Positions 1 through 14,458 of a stretch of DNA of 64,000 bases are shown one piece after another. The DNA is taken from the NCBI GenBank assembly GCA_013265495.1, contig MU058039.1:498591-562590 (forward strand), written 5' to 3'. Made by a program: the position numbers and the translations under genes. The notes beneath the pieces were generated by a model. That model saw only the letters and a list, made by a program, of their open reading frames with translations, was not told the origin of the DNA and did no database searches. Positions within the stretch are counted from its first letter, which is position 1, and every line of letters starts with the position of its first letter. This DNA is from Vicugna vicugna. Its lineage: Eukaryota.

Positions 1-391
1 TATTGACCATCTTCAGCTGACCCTGAGGCCATAAAAGAACCTCTAGTTTGGATGATGTGGTCTCTTGAATGGTGGGAGTGAAGGCAGGTGGATCTACTCA
101 TGGAAAGACTGTGCAGTCCCATCTCAGGTCTAAATTAGCCTCCCCAGCATGGGAGCTTGTCCAGGAAATCTCCTGCTCCTGTGTTTGGATCTCGTTTCAA
201 TGCAGAAGTGGCTTATGCTACAACTACTTTTGTGTAGCAGGGTGTCCTGGGATTTTGGGGAGAGCTTAGATCCATCTTCTATATTTCCTTAAATTGTGTG
301 TGTTAATTTTGGAAGAAGAAATGGAAGAACAAAAAGATTTTACTAAATTAAGTCATATATGGGGACACTGAAACCTTTTTTCCTCTCTCAG

Positions 392-479
392 TTCTGGATT
401 TGCAGGAGTCTGAATTATTCTCAATGGAGGAAGACCGAGGAGAACTGATCAGGTCTTACCTTCTAAAACCATGACCTGT
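392..479 (+). pseudogene. ZNF573: ZNF573-like start-codon exon (ATG ACC TGT at 471-479)
   Basis: Acceptor tttttcctctctcag ends at 391; aaaaccATGACCTGT then donor gtaagt at 480. Paralogous to exon 34171-34253. Confidence 0.75.
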
Positions 480-1762
480 GTAAGTTGATTATTCCTGTCT
501 CCTTGCAGTATTATGATTTATGTGGATTTTTTCATTAATTAATCTAAAGCTTCCTACTCTTAAAAGGGTCTCATTCAATTATCTACTCCCCACTTTGTCC
601 TAAAATCAGAAAAAATGACAGCAAATAGCTCAAGTTTCCTCCTTATGAGTGTTTGCTATCCAATGTTTGTGTATTTATTTTCCAGTGTTCTCAGTCCATT
701 TATGTGCTTACTCTTCAAAGTCTATAATGGAGCAGTAAAGGAGTGAACTCCCATGAGGGAAGTATTTGAGTTTCCTTGATAGGTTTGAGGTTTGATGAAT
801 TAGAGATGTTAGTCCTATTTAATTACCATTGGTAAACTCTGAAATTCTCCACAGACCCAAGTTTTCCAGACAGATTAAGATATAAATTGGTATCAGTTGG
901 TTTCAGTCTTAGTATGTGATGAGATCTCATATTCTTTGAGAATTTTAGACTGGTTAGAAACATTTATGTAATGCATCTTACCAAGGAATTATGAAGAGGT
1001 ACATGTGGTTGAATGTGATCTCTTAAATCTGACTGACAGCTATTTGATTATGACTCATCCTACATTATACATTTAGGAATAAGAAAAATGTTGAGTGAGT
1101 GATGGAAGATGGCAATGAATGAGAATATTATCCTAAGGGATAAATGCACTGATTTCTAGAATTGATGAAGACTTTCAGAATTTTGTGTGTTTAAAACCAA
1201 GCGTGTAAATGTGAAGGATGGATTAAGTGTGAGATATCCAAAATAAAATGGATTGTTATGTAGGCAAAATTTGTCAAAACAAAGAAAAAATGCTTATAGT
1301 ATGCCCTGACAAAGGATGAATTTGAGGCTTGTAGAAATACTTTTTTTCAAAAACTTTTTTTAATATGGAAATTTTTATATTCAAACTGGGAGAGTGGGAG
1401 GGAAATCTCATCTTTCTTTTTTAAACTCTAAAGGGAAAATAATTTAGAACCTCACATTTATTGAGAATTAATATATTGTGCAACTAGCTGACTATGTGGT
1501 TACATCTTATATTTTATTGAATAGGGAAAGTTTGATTTTATCCAGTCCCCCTGCAGGTCCGAGTTACTGTGATAGCCTACAAGCTACAGAAAGATTTGTC
1601 TGTAGCAATAGGATTCTTCAGGAATATGTAGACAATCTCCTTTCATCTTCTAGCCCACTTGTACTGTATCACTCCCTTCCTCTAAGGCACTCCTATGATC
1701 TCCTGTCTTTCTGTTTTGAAAATGTTTTTTAAATTTCATACTACCTGGATTTGAAGTTTCAG

Positions 1763-1934
<172 letters not shown>

Positions 1935-2848
1935 TAATTTCAACACAGTGAATTTCAAAGCTGTCTTTTAAGACATGAGCTGAATTCTTTTTCTTATTCC
2001 CAAAGGAAGCTTTGAGGTGTGTCAGTTTGGCAATGCCCCTGTCATTAACCATCATCATCTTCTTTTTTAGTGACATTCACATGTCTTGTGACTGTGGCTC
2101 TTCTTGAAATTGCCTCCCCTTCTTAATGGCCAAGGGGCTGTGTCATCCTCTGATCCATCTGCAGGGACAACAGTTAGATGTAGATTCATGATTGGCCATA
2201 GCAGAAGAGTCTCTATGACTTACATAGTGGTAGATTTGATGAACAGTATTCATTTAAAACTGGAGAGCCCGCATTTCATTTCCTGCAACCAATTTTATAT
2301 GATTTGTGTTTGAAAGTTCCAGTTCATGAACATTGCACTTATGATTGAATTAATATTCTGTAAATGAATCGGAATGCTTCTTGTCTTCCTCTTACAGAAA
2401 TGGAATCATTATAATTAGTATTAAGTCCCAGAACTCTTCCTAGGGGGTGTATCTATACATCTAATCATCAATCATATGATAATAACATTGTCATATGCAT
2501 TTTACTTGCCAACATTGTGGAACAGTGTGTTGAAATGACTTGCTTAAAGTCGTGGGGTTGATAGGTATTAGAGGAAGAATTTGTGCTCAGACCCTCTGGT
2601 TCCAGAGTGTTCTCAAACACTGTTAACCTTTTTGGTCACTTTGTTAAACTCTCTTAAGAGGCAGAGTCTACCTGAGTTTAAAATAAAAGTTTCACCAGAC
2701 CTGCCTGGTTTCTTAAATCATCTCATCTTTCTATTATCTGAAGTCTTTATTGATAACAGTTAACCTTTATTTCATTACAAATTTAACCAAAGCTAAAGAT
2801 TTTGTTTTCATTTTTATGCCATGTGGCATTTTTTTTTCTTCTAAGCAG

Positions 2849-2944
2849 TACATTCCACTTCTAAGCCAGATGTGGCTGACTTATCGGAGCAAGGAAAAGA
2901 GCCTTGGATGACTTTGAGGGAAGGAACACAAAGCCAGTACACAA
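2849..2944 (+). pseudogene. ZNF573: KRAB-B exon (96 bp)
   Basis: Polypyrimidine tract and aagcag (NAGNAG) acceptor; reads HSTSKPDVADLSEQGKEPWMTLREGTQSQYT; donor gtaagg at 2945. Confidence 0.88.
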
Positions 2945-3309
2945 GTAAGGAAGGCGAGGAAGGAAAAAGGAAGCCATCAGGGCTGGTAGCAAGCTGTGTG
3001 GTGAGGGAGAGGAGATAATGTCTCTGTGTTGTTTGTAAAGTGCCCCACTCCCACCCCTGCGCTAGGCACCAGGACTTGTGGAGCACTGGCTTGTGACCTG
3101 GGGAGGAAATAAAGACCTCAGCGTGAGCTATAGAAGAAACTTAAACATTACTCCATTTAGAAATCACCTTATTTCTCTTATATCTCAAACCCATTCTAAG
3201 TGATGGGGAGTCTCATTTTTCATTAGTACAATATTTAATCTGTATGTTGTATTCAACTGCTCTCCAGTTCCCCTTTTGTGTGAACACACACACACACATC
3301 AATGCAATG

Positions 3310-3720
3310 ATAGTGAGCAAGACTTATAAGGTCCTTGCTTTCATGGAATTTACATCTTACTAGAGTGAGCAGGAATACAAATAGATAAATAATGTTAGGC
3401 TGTAGAATGTAAAGAGAGGTTGGCCCACTTACAGTGGTTGTGGATGCCTTTTCTGAGGTGGTAATGTTTGAGAAGAGACATAACATAAGGGCCCAGGCCA
3501 TGTGTCTGTCTGGGAGGAACACTGCAAGCTGAATGAACGAACAGATTGGAAGGCTCAGGAGATGGCTGGGGCAGTGGTGGAAAGGGAAGTGGAGCCTGGA
3601 GCAGGGGCACTGAAGAGAGCTTTGTGAGTTCAGGAATCACCAGTGTAGACCAGAATAGAGGTCCTTAGGGGAGAGTAATAAGAAATGAAGTCACACTGTT
3701 AGGAGGAATCAGATCATATT
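3310..3720 (+). mobile_element. Old L2-like LINE fragment
   Basis: Degenerate L2-type motifs (ggtccttgctttcatggaatttacatct, tctgaggtggtaatgtttgag, gggaggaacactgcaagc); boundaries approximate. Confidence 0.45.
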
Positions 3721-5028
3721 AAGTTTTATTGTATTTGAATTGTTCAGGATAATAAGTATTTGAATCAATCATGTAATCTGTTTTTCTAATTTTTAATTTT
3801 CTAAACCATTATTAAAAAATAATAGATACTGAGAATCACATAAAACAAAAGTTTAGCATAATGAGTTGTGTAGGGCAGACATCACTACACTAAAGTCAGG
3901 CGATAACATTTTTAAAAAACTAATTATTTTGAAATAATTTCAGAGTCACAGAAAGGTTGTAATAGTCATACAAATGATTCTTGTATACCTTTCAGCCAGT
4001 CTTTCCAAATGAGGAAAGGAGCTTTTCTAGTCAACCTGAGGCCCTCCACATGTCTCTACTTAGTCACAATCTTTTACCTCCTGCAAGTGTAACTGCTCTT
4101 CTGATTTTAATGGGAATAAGTTCCTTCCCTTCTTTCTCCCTCCCATTCCTTTATGTCTTTTAAGTCTTTTTTAATCTCTACATTTCCTCAACTCTTTTTA
4201 TTCCTAACCATCTAATTGCTGAAGAAACAGTATCTTCCATTCTGTTCTTTGCTGATGCCATTCTAAGATTTACTCAAGCACATTCTCTGACCTCTCTGTA
4301 TCCTCTAAATAAGTGTTGGGATCTAGAAGTTAATGAGATTCATATTCTTTTTTTTTTTTCATTTTTGCAAGATGACATCCTGGGCAGTGTTGCACACATG
4401 ATATGTCAGCACTACTGAGTGCTGGCTCCCCACATACCAGACAGAACTGAGCTTACTGCTCACTTACCACCTCTGCTTTGGTAGTGTCTCATAGGGGAAG
4501 GGCAAGGTTGGATGTTACTGGCAATCGGAAGTTTGGTTTTAAGGCCAGTCTTTCAGTGTGGAGACTGGATTAGGAATTGGGTGAAGATCAAAATACAACA
4601 GTGGAAAATTAGTGGAAATGGCTAGGTAAGAATTTTGACTAGAGAGTCAAAGAATCCTAGAACACAAACTCTGTTGTTTTCCACTGAAGAGTTGATAGAT
4701 CTTTCAGGAACTTCCTGTAATGAACAGTCAAGCCATTTGCCTGCACAAGAAACTCCAGGAAGGTAAAATTGTGCTAATGAAGGCAGTGGGAGAGTAATGT
4801 CACATGAAGGTAGACAGGCAGGTACATTCAGGGATTAACTGTCCCAGTTCTCGGTGTCCAGGCTGAGTCGGGCAGTAGCTGGTGTAAGTTCTTAGCACAT
4901 GCTGTCTGGTTGTCTCTCTGGGATTTTAGCTGGCATTGATTCTGGGTGCCTAGGTACAGTAATTCATTAGACACTCCAAAATGATCATATTTTCATTCCA
5001 ACATTCATTTTCACTTGTTGGTAGAAAT

Positions 5029-5989
5029 AATGTACAATTTTTACATCATCTACTACTTGATAATATACTGAGAGTTTTTATGATAACAGCTAAATAAATA
5101 CTGGATTCTTTCCCTTTATCTTTAGAACAGCTAAACAGTTGTGTTATCTTAGCATCCTTCCCAGGTGACCAGACAGTTATTTTATTGTCATTATACATTT
5201 ATAGATTTAGGCATATTGATTGTATCTCTGTCCATTGTCATTATAATCTTGATTATTGCTCAAATTTCTGCTTCTTGGGTTACTGGACCTCGTAATGTTG
5301 CCCTTCAAGTCCTTTAGATCCTATTAGTCTTTAATAGCTTATTTACTGTCTGTTATGACAAGATGTTTGAGGTCTACCTTGTATATTTTTTGTCCCAAGC
5401 TTTTTTTTTTGTATATATATATATATTTATTGAAGTATAGTCAGTTTACAATGTTGTGTCAATTTCTGGCATACAGCACAATGCTTCAGTCATACATGAA
5501 CATACACATACAATGTACAATTTTTACATCATCTACTACTTGATAATATACTGAGAGTTTTTATGATAACAGCTAAATAAATACTGGATTCTTTCCCTTT
5601 ATCTTTAGAACAGCTAAACAGTTGTGTTATCTTAGCATCCTTCCCAGGTGACCAGACAGTTATTTTATTGTCATTATACATTTATAGATTTAGGCATATT
5701 GATTGTATCTCTGTCCATTGTCATTATAATCTTGATTATTGCTCAAATTTCTGCTTCTTGGGTTACTGGACCTCGTAATGTTGCCCTTCAAGTCCTTTAG
5801 ATCCTATTAGTCTTTAATAGCTTATTTACTGTCTGTTATGACAAGATGTTTGAGGTCTACCTTGTATATTTTTTGTCCCAAGCTTTTTTTTTTGTATATA
5901 TATATATATTTATTGAAGTATAGTCAGTTTACAATGTTGTGTCAATTTCTGGCATACAGCACAATGCTTCAGTCATACATGAACATACA
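5029..5989. repeat. Exact tandem duplication, period 483 bp (5029-5506 = 5512-5989)
   Basis: No differences seen by eye, including the T10 and (TA)n tracts; duplicated ORFs at 5355 and 5838 are 483 bp apart. Confidence 0.95.
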
Positions 5990-6071
5990 TATATTCGTTT
6001 TCATATTTTTTTCACCATAAGTTACTACAAGATACTGAATATAGTTCCTTATGCTATACAGTATGAACTTG
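5883..6071 (-). mobile_element. Short 5'-truncated lineage-specific L1 3' end
   Basis: T/TA-rich tail followed by ttgaagtatagtcagtttacaatgttgtgtc L1 3' UTR; TSD ttgtcccaag at 5873-5882 and 6072-6081. Partial copy at 5400-5506. Confidence 0.75.
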
Positions 6072-7589
6072 TTGTCCCAAGTTATGGCTTTTAATGAGCC
6101 ATAAGTCTGAGAATTTTTGGTTTCATTTAGTGGAAAGTGATCTTTCAAGAAAGACCACAATCTGCATGCTGGAGGCACCCACTTTTTCTGTTCTTGTGTC
6201 AAATCTGGAATGCCATTTTGTGTGCAGTCATGTTTCTCTAGTCTTTTCAAATCTATGGCAATTTCATGGACTTTCATGTCTTTCCTGTCCTTGATACTTT
6301 TTAAGAGTACAGTTATTACATAGACTATTCCTCAGTTTGGATTGGTCTGATACCTTGCTCAAAAGTAGATGAGATTGATCACTTTTGGTAACTATTCCAC
6401 AGAAGAGATGGTATGTCTTTCTCAGGGCATTCTATCAGAGGGTCGGATTGTGGACATATATTATTACTGGAGCTATTAACCTTGATCATTTGGTTAAGGT
6501 GCTTTCTGCCAGGCTTCTCTACTGTAAAGGGACTTATTTTTCCTTTATAACTGATAAATATCTTGGGGGAGATACTTTGAGATAATGCAGATAACCTATT
6601 TCTCCTGCAGTTTTCACCCATTGATTTTTAGCATCCATCAGTGGATTTCGCTTGGACTAATTCTTACTGCAATGTTTGCCTGATGGTGATTTTGTCCCTC
6701 CTACTACATTTATTAATTGGAATTCTTATGTAAGGAAGAATTCTCTCTTCTCCCTTTTTATTTATTTATTCATTTATTTATCAGTGTGGATTTACAGTTT
6801 ATTTTATTCCTTAGGTTTTAATCTAATAGTATAAACACTAATTTTTGTTCAGCTTTTGCTTTTGGGAGCTTTTTGGGGTTGGTGCCTGTGGTCTTTGACA
6901 TGTCCCTATCCTTTAGTGAGCATCTCTTACCTTCTGGCACTGCAGGGTACTCCAGGGTCATCTTATATTTTCTTTGCTCTAGTTCTGGACTCACCTACCT
7001 CTCTAAGGTGCCCTAGTTCTTTTTTATTAGAGAATGGCATTTAGAAATCCAAACTTGGGCACTAGGTGTAGTCATTGCTCCTGGGATGTCATGGCTGCCA
7101 GGCCTTGTTAGCTGACAGAGCCGGAAAATGTGTATGAATGTGTGCCAATATGGCTTGCCACTTCAGGATATTTTCCTGTTATTTCAAAGCTGGAACACCA
7201 AAACATGCTTCACACAAATCTTAAAACTCTAAATCACATGTTTGGACAATTTCAGCCTTCATAGTTTTAAAGAGACTTAAGTCAATTGCATTTCTCATCA
7301 CTGATACTGAGAGAAAATATTTTCTTCATTTCATTATGTTCAAATTAAATATAAACTAATGCAGTTGCTACACTAGCAGTAATATCTAAACATTTATCCA
7401 TTTGCAGTGAAAATGACCAAAGACCAACCAGTGAAGATAGTTTTGCCATCATTAAATTTAATTTTTACCAACTCTAACTTAAACTATAAATTTAAAAAAT
7501 AATTTGAAAAATCATAATAATGATTTAAAAAATTAGCCTTAAAACTTTTATTAAATTTTTTTTACAAACTTTTGGGTTACAGTTACTGG

Positions 7590-8900
7590 ATATTAAATGA
7601 ATATCCAGAAATCTGTGGCATTTCTATAAACTAACAATGAAATATCAGAAAGAGATTAAGGAAGTAATCCTATTTACCATCACATCAAAAACAATAAAAT
7701 ACCTAGGGATGAACCTACTTAAAGAGGCAAAAGACCTATACTCCAAAAGCTAACTTTTTAAAAACCAGTTCACAAATGGAAATAAGCATTTAGAATCTTT
7801 TATTGCAAGTGTGTGTTCAGTGGACTCAGTGCATGGGGAGTGTTATTGTTCCTGAAACTATTCCAAAAAATAGCAGAAGAAGGAACGCTTCTGAATTCAT
7901 TCCACGAGAACACCATCACCCTGATACCAAAACCATACAAAGATACCACATACACAAAAAGAAAATTACAACCCAATATCACTGATAAATATAGACACAA
8001 CAATCCTCAACAAAACATTAGCAAACTGAATCCAACAATAAGGAAGCAATCCCATTTACCATTGCATCAAAAAGAATAAAATACTTAGGAATAAACCTAC
8101 TTAAGTAGGTAAAAGACCTGTACTCCAAAAACTTTGAGATGCTGATGAAAGAAATTGAAGAGGACACAAACAGATGGAAAGATATACCATGTTCTTGGAT
8201 TAGAAGAATATTGTTAAAATGACCACACTACCTAAGGCAATTACAGATTCAGTGCAACCCCTATCAAGTTACCAATGACATTTTCATAGAACTGGAGGAC
8301 ATTTTAAAATTTGAATGGAAAAGACCCCAAATAGCCAAAACAATCTTGAGAAAGAAGAACGGAACTGGAGGAATCATGCTCTGTGACTTCAGACTATATC
8401 ACAAAACTACAGTAATCAAAGCAGTATGGTACTGGAACAAAAACAGATACATAGTTCAATGGAACAGGATAGAAAGCCCAAAAATAAACCCATGCACTTA
8501 TGGTCAGTTTATCTACAACAAAGGAGACAAGAATATACAATGGAGAGAAGACAGTCTCTTCAACAAGTGGTGCTGGGAAAAGTGGACAGCTTACATATGA
8601 AAGAGTGAAACTAGAACTTTCTCTAACACCGTATATAAAAGTAAACTCACAATGGATTATAGACCTAAATGTTAAGACTGGGTACTGTAAAACTCCTGGA
8701 GGAAAACATAAGCAGAACACTCTGACATAAATTGCAGCAATATTTTTTGGACCCATCTCCTAGAGTAATGGAAACAAAAACGAGCTAATGGGACCTAATT
8801 AAACTTAAAAGCTTTTGCACAGCAATAGAAACCGTAGACAAAACGAAAAGACAACTTATGGACTGGGAGAAAATATTAGCAATGATACTATTGACAAGGT
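7590..8900 (+). mobile_element. Rearranged L1 ORF2 fragments
   Basis: Peptides LFQKIAEEGTLLNSFHENTITLIPKP and [25 protein letters not shown]...[12 protein letters not shown] are L1 ORF2; internal deletions and stops. Confidence 0.9.
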
Positions 8901-9899
8901 ATTTACTTTGTTGCTCAAATTGTCTCAGCTTTGGCCACTTGACAGGGTAGGCTTTTGTGTCCTTTTCAATATGTATCCATCATTCTTTGAGGATTTTCTT
9001 CCTTTTAGGTTCCAGGCTCATCTTTCGTTTTCCCTGCTTCTAGTCCTAGAATCAACCATCTTTCCAAGAAGCTCTGGTTCCTTGATTGGAGAATGATTTT
9101 TAGAAACCAAGATCTGGGTGTAGGTGAGCTCATTGCTACTAGGGCATCTTTGCTGGAATGCTAAAAATGCATGTACACAGCTGTATTAATGTAACATGTA
9201 TGTATATATTTTATACATATTAAAAACCATGAATTTATTATACTGTTATCTCCGATTCCAACCTACCTGCACAGGCTTCAATCTAGCCTTTCCTCCCTTA
9301 TTATTTGTACTTTCTCTGACAATCAAAGACCTCCCTCTCTTTCTATATACTTAACTCATGACTTACTTAATTACTTATATGTTCAGTCCTAATAAACACA
9401 TAAAATTGTTTGAAAATTCCCAACCAGTTTCTCTGTGAGAAATAAATTTGCTATCTATAGTATATTTGTACAGTTCTTTTGCCTTTAGTATTACAGTGTC
9501 CAGTCAAAATAATGGTTTCTAAGATTGTTAATTTTTTCCTTCTTCATTCTCTTCAGTGTGATTATTTTATTTATCTTTAGTACAATTAGCTTCTTTTGTT
9601 ATTTTAGGAACTCCCTCTCCTATACATCCTGCTTGATATTTATTTCTAAAATATGTGAACTATTACTATGATTCTAAGAGTGAGAGCAAACAGAAAAGAA
9701 TTCTCAGTGAAGTGTTGTTCTCACCTCAGTTTAAATACTCTGCTCCTATTCTTTCTACCCCATTTTCACTCAATCCTTCTAGATATGTGATCTCATCAGT
9801 TTCTGGTTTATTCCTCTTGATTCAGTTTACACAAGCAAATACTTGTACATGAAATCGCATTCTATATGAACTTCTGCACACCTTACGTTCTGAATTGCA

Positions 9900-12800
9900 C
9901 TTTGCTGTTTTCACTTAATAGTTAATCCTGGAAATTACTTAAAACAGTTCACAGAGACCTTCCTTACTGTTGTTATGATTACCTTATTATCATTAGTACT
10001 CCTGTGTGTGGATGTACTGTATTTTATTCATTGACTCCTGTATATGGGCTTTTAGGTTGTTTTCAATATTTTTCAATTATGAGTAACACAGAATAATCCT
10101 TGCCTATAAGTATTTTTCTACTGTTGGAAGTATAGCTTCAAAGTTGACTCCTAGAAGTATGGTTGCTGGTTCAAAACGTAATTGCGTATGTATTTTTGTA
10201 TGATGTTGTCAGGCTCCTGCTCCAGAAGGGTTGGAACAGTTTGCATTTCTCCAGCAGGGTATGGGAGCAGCCCTGTCATCCCTTTCAGATCTTAGAGAAA
10301 TACCATTCTCCAATAAAAGACTCAAACAGAATGTGCTGTTATACCCTTTAATTTTCACCAATCTGATAGGTGAAAAATGGTTAGCTCATTGTTCTAGTTT
10401 GCATTTTCTTTATGAGTGAAAGTGAACATTTTTTCACGTTTAAAAGCCATTTCTCTATATTTTGTGAATTGTTGGATTTGTGTCCTTCTTCCATTTTTCT
10501 ATCTTTTTTTTAATCCTTTGTCTCTCAATTTTTAAGAGTGTTTTTACATATTAGGAGTATTATTAGCCCTTTGAAGTTATGTTGCAAATATTTTCTCCTC
10601 ATTTCTTAGTTGTTTTGTGACTTAGGTTATGGCAATTTTGCTTTTTTAAAAAAAATGTAGTCAAATTCATCAATCTTTTTATTACCTCTGACTTTTGTGT
10701 CACAGTTAGAAACTAAAAGTTAAAGATAAATATCCATATTTTCTTCTATTACTTGTATGGTTTTACTTTTACATTTAAATCCCTAATCCATTTGCAGTTT
10801 ATTTTTACATGTGGAGTAATATACAGATCTAGTTAAATCTTTTTCTACATGGCTATCCCAGTTGTCCCAACACCACTTATTCAAATGTCCATCTCTGCTT
10901 CTTTGATTTTCTTGTGTTCTTGAGTCTATTTCTTGGGCTTCCTAATCTGTTCTAGTTTTATTTGTGTAACCATGGATCAGTACCAAATTGCTATTCATAT
11001 GGTTTGTGTTATAGTACATTTTAGTGTTTTTAGAGTTCCAACTTCATTCTTTCATGTGTGAATATCCAGTTGTCACAGCACTGTTGCTAAAAGGACTTAA
11101 CTGAGTTTTGCTGGCACCATTTTTTTGATAATGAATTGACCATAAATTTGAGATATTTTACATTTTATTTCTGGATTGTGAATTCTATTCCATACATCTC
11201 TACATCTATCTTTATGCCAGTACCAAACTGTCTTGATTTACTGTAGCATTGGAGTGTATTTTGAGACCGGGAAGTGTGAGTAGTGTTACTTGGTTCTTCA
11301 ACACCCCCCCACCCCAGCAAGATTACTCTGTCTATTCGGAGTCTCTTCTACTTCCAAATGATCCGCTTGTCATTTTCTGGACAAAAGGTAGCTGACATTT
11401 TGACATGGATTGCATTGTACCTGTAGATCATTTTGTGGAGTATTGTCTTCCATGAACCTGTGAGGTCTTCCCTTTTATTTAGTTATTTAATTTCTTTCAA
11501 CAATATTTTTTAGTTGTCAGTTTATATATCTCAGCCTCTTTTGTTAAATTTATTCCTACACATTTTTTGTTACTATTATAAGTGGAATTTCTTTCTTAAC
11601 TTTGTTTTTGGATTGATAATCTTGATTTTAGTTAAGATGATTTTACATCCTGGTATACTGTCATATCATCTGCAAATAGTAATAGTTTTATTTAAACTTC
11701 TTTACTTTTTCTACCTCTAATTGATTTATCTTGTCTAATCAAATTGGCAATTATCTTTAGCACATTCTTGAATAGTTGCAGAGATAGTAGGCATCCTTGA
11801 TTTGTTCTTGATCTTAGCAGAAATGCCCATAGTTTATCCCCACTTAATAAGATATAGCCATAGAAATAAAGGGTGTGTGTGTGTGTATACAGGTGTTATG
11901 TTATTAAGTATCCCTCAGCATCTCTTTGCTTGCATTTTTCTTTGCTAATATTTTATATATTTTCCATCGCTATTTATAAGTTATTTTGGCCCATATTTTC
12001 ATTTAATGTCTCTTACCAGGTTTAGCTATATTTTTTCATAAAAACTACAAAGGGACTTAAGTAAGTTTTCCTTCATTTTCAGGGCCCTAGAACAATTTAT
12101 AGAGCATTAGCACTACAGCTAAAAGCAATCATGGCTTTCTGCTAACTGTCTCCCAGTATTTTCTCCTAAAAGCATACTAAACAAAGGAATGGAAAGGTAG
12201 TAAAACGAGACAAAATCCACATCCTTAGCATAATTTAAAAGCAGGATACCAAAAGTTGCAGACATATGTAAAAAAATACTAAAGTCACAAATCCCAGGAC
12301 ACACTCCCCTAGTGAAGACAGTTCTCCTTGATATTTAATGATAAAATTAATTAGTATCAAAAGAACACTGCAATGAAAATGACTTTTATCTGGATTCACC
12401 AATTGATAAACTTTCCATATCTACTTTATTTCTGTCTATATTATATTTACTGCTATTTGAAAGTATGTCTTAAACATCATAACTTGACCCCTTAATCATC
12501 CAGCAAGCATCTCCTAAGAATAAGGATGTTTCTACAAATAAGGGTATAATTTTAAAAGTTTACAGAAATGTTCTTCACACAGAGGTTCTGTACTTCCACA
12601 TAACAGCCAAAATTTTTCTCAGAAATCATTCTTTCTGCATTTACTGACATAATCATTTATTTCTCCATTGTTATGTTCACTATGTTGAATTCTGTTTATT
12701 GACTAACCATTCTGGAATCCAGTGTGGTCATGATGTGTTGACACATTATTCCTTTTCAATTTAGTTAGATTTGAATTTTTAATATTTCCTTTAGGTTTCA

Positions 12801-13030
12801 CGAATGAGATGGGTCTGTAACATTCCTGTTTATTATCCTTTTTAAGGTTCGATGTAAACATTGCATTAGCTTCATAAATGTATTGAAGAAGATGTACCCT
12901 TTTCCTCCATCTTGGAATGTTTGAAGGAATGTGCCAGAAAAACCAAGTGGGTCTTGAGTTTCCACTGTAAATTTTTTTACATATTCAAATTATGTAATGC
13001 TTGTAGAATAGTTAAAGTTTTCTGTGTGTT
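9900..13030 (-). mobile_element. Mosaic of ancient antisense L1 fragments in ZNF573-like intron
   Basis: T-rich degenerate antisense L1 phrases (ccagttgtcccaacaccactta, ggattgcattgtacctgtagatc, ttgaatagttgcagagatagtaggcatccttg); boundaries approximate. Confidence 0.55.
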
Positions 13031-13916
13031 AGACTTGTATTTCATCAGTTTTTCCATTAATATCATTGGTCTGTTTCAGGATCATTAATGTCACTGTCTG
13101 TGACAGTTTTTCAATCTTTCTTTGTCTTTCAGGATTTTAACTGTCTTGACAGACCCTGCCAAGTATCCAGTAGAGTATCTCCTAATCTGGGTCTGTTGTT
13201 CTCATGACTGGAGATATGGGTTTTTAGAAAAACTACATTAGAGGTGAAATGTCCTTCTATCAGATCACATCAGGGATGCAGGATATCCATGTGACATCAC
13301 TGGTGATGTTAACCTCAGTCTTTTGGCTAAGGTGGTATCTGTCAAGTTTCTCCACTCTAAAGTTAGTATTTTTCCTTTTTCATACTGTTCTTTAGAAGCA
13401 ACTCACTAAGGTAGCACACCCCGTGGGCGAAGGTGCAGGATTGGGAATTAAAAGTCTTCTTTCTGCAGAGTAGAAAATCTGTATTTTATCTAGAATTATT
13501 CTATATATGAAAGATTTCTCTTCCTTGTTTATTTCAGTGTGGGCTTACACATATTTACTTCATACTTTGAGTTATAATCATGTTACATTATTTCTTTTGC
13601 TTTGGCTATTGGTAACTCTTTTAGATTGGTTCTTATGTTCATTTAATATCCCCATCCTTCTGTTTTTTTTGAAGATTTCTTCCCTAGTACTGCTTTCAGA
13701 CTCGTTTTGTCTTCTCCCTTCCCTGGTCCTAGAATCAGCCATTTCTCCTAGGAGCCCTTTTATCAGAGGATGGTGTTGAGAAACCAAGATCTGGGTGCTG
13801 GGTATACTCATTGCTACTGTGTCATTGCCTCTATGCCCCCCAAAGACCTATCTAGGTAACAGATGTATGCACACTCACTCATGGATACTTACGTATACCT
13901 GTGACTGTTTTATTAT

Positions 13917-14037
13917 CCATCCATCTCTATCTACATTAAGTTAAACTTGAGTCCATACTGGTGTTTCTGACTGCCATCCATCTCTATCTACATTAAGTTA
14001 AACTTGAGTCCATACTGGTGTTTCTGACTGCCATCCA
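13917..14037. repeat. Exact 57-bp tandem duplication bounded by ccatcca
   Basis: Unit ccatccatctctatctacattaagttaaacttgagtccatactggtgtttctgactg at 13917 and 13974; ccatcca again at 14031. Confidence 0.95.
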
Positions 14038-14458
14038 GTGCCAGAGGGTGCCTTCTACCCTTCCTGTCTTGTTTATCTGTAATGGTATTTCTCTGACAGA
14101 AAACTGACTCTCACCATCCATCATCCATTCACTTATTTGTTCAGCCCCAGTGTACATGTAACATAGTTTGAGAAGTGTTAACCTGCACCCCCATGAGAAA
14201 CAAATTCACTAACTCCAGCAGTGTTTATGTACACTTCCTTTTGCCTTATATTTTCAGTCAAAATATTGTTTTCCAAAGTTGGTAATTATTGTCATAAGGC
14301 ACAGTTTGGTATATTGCTCAACTTTTTAATTTCCAAATGTATGTTGATTGTCTAGTTGTCTTTGTAATATTGATTTCTAGCATAGTTTTTGTGATCAGAT
14401 GACATACTCTATGATTTTGATCCTTTGAAATCTGCTGCCAAGTATATGATCTCTTTTT

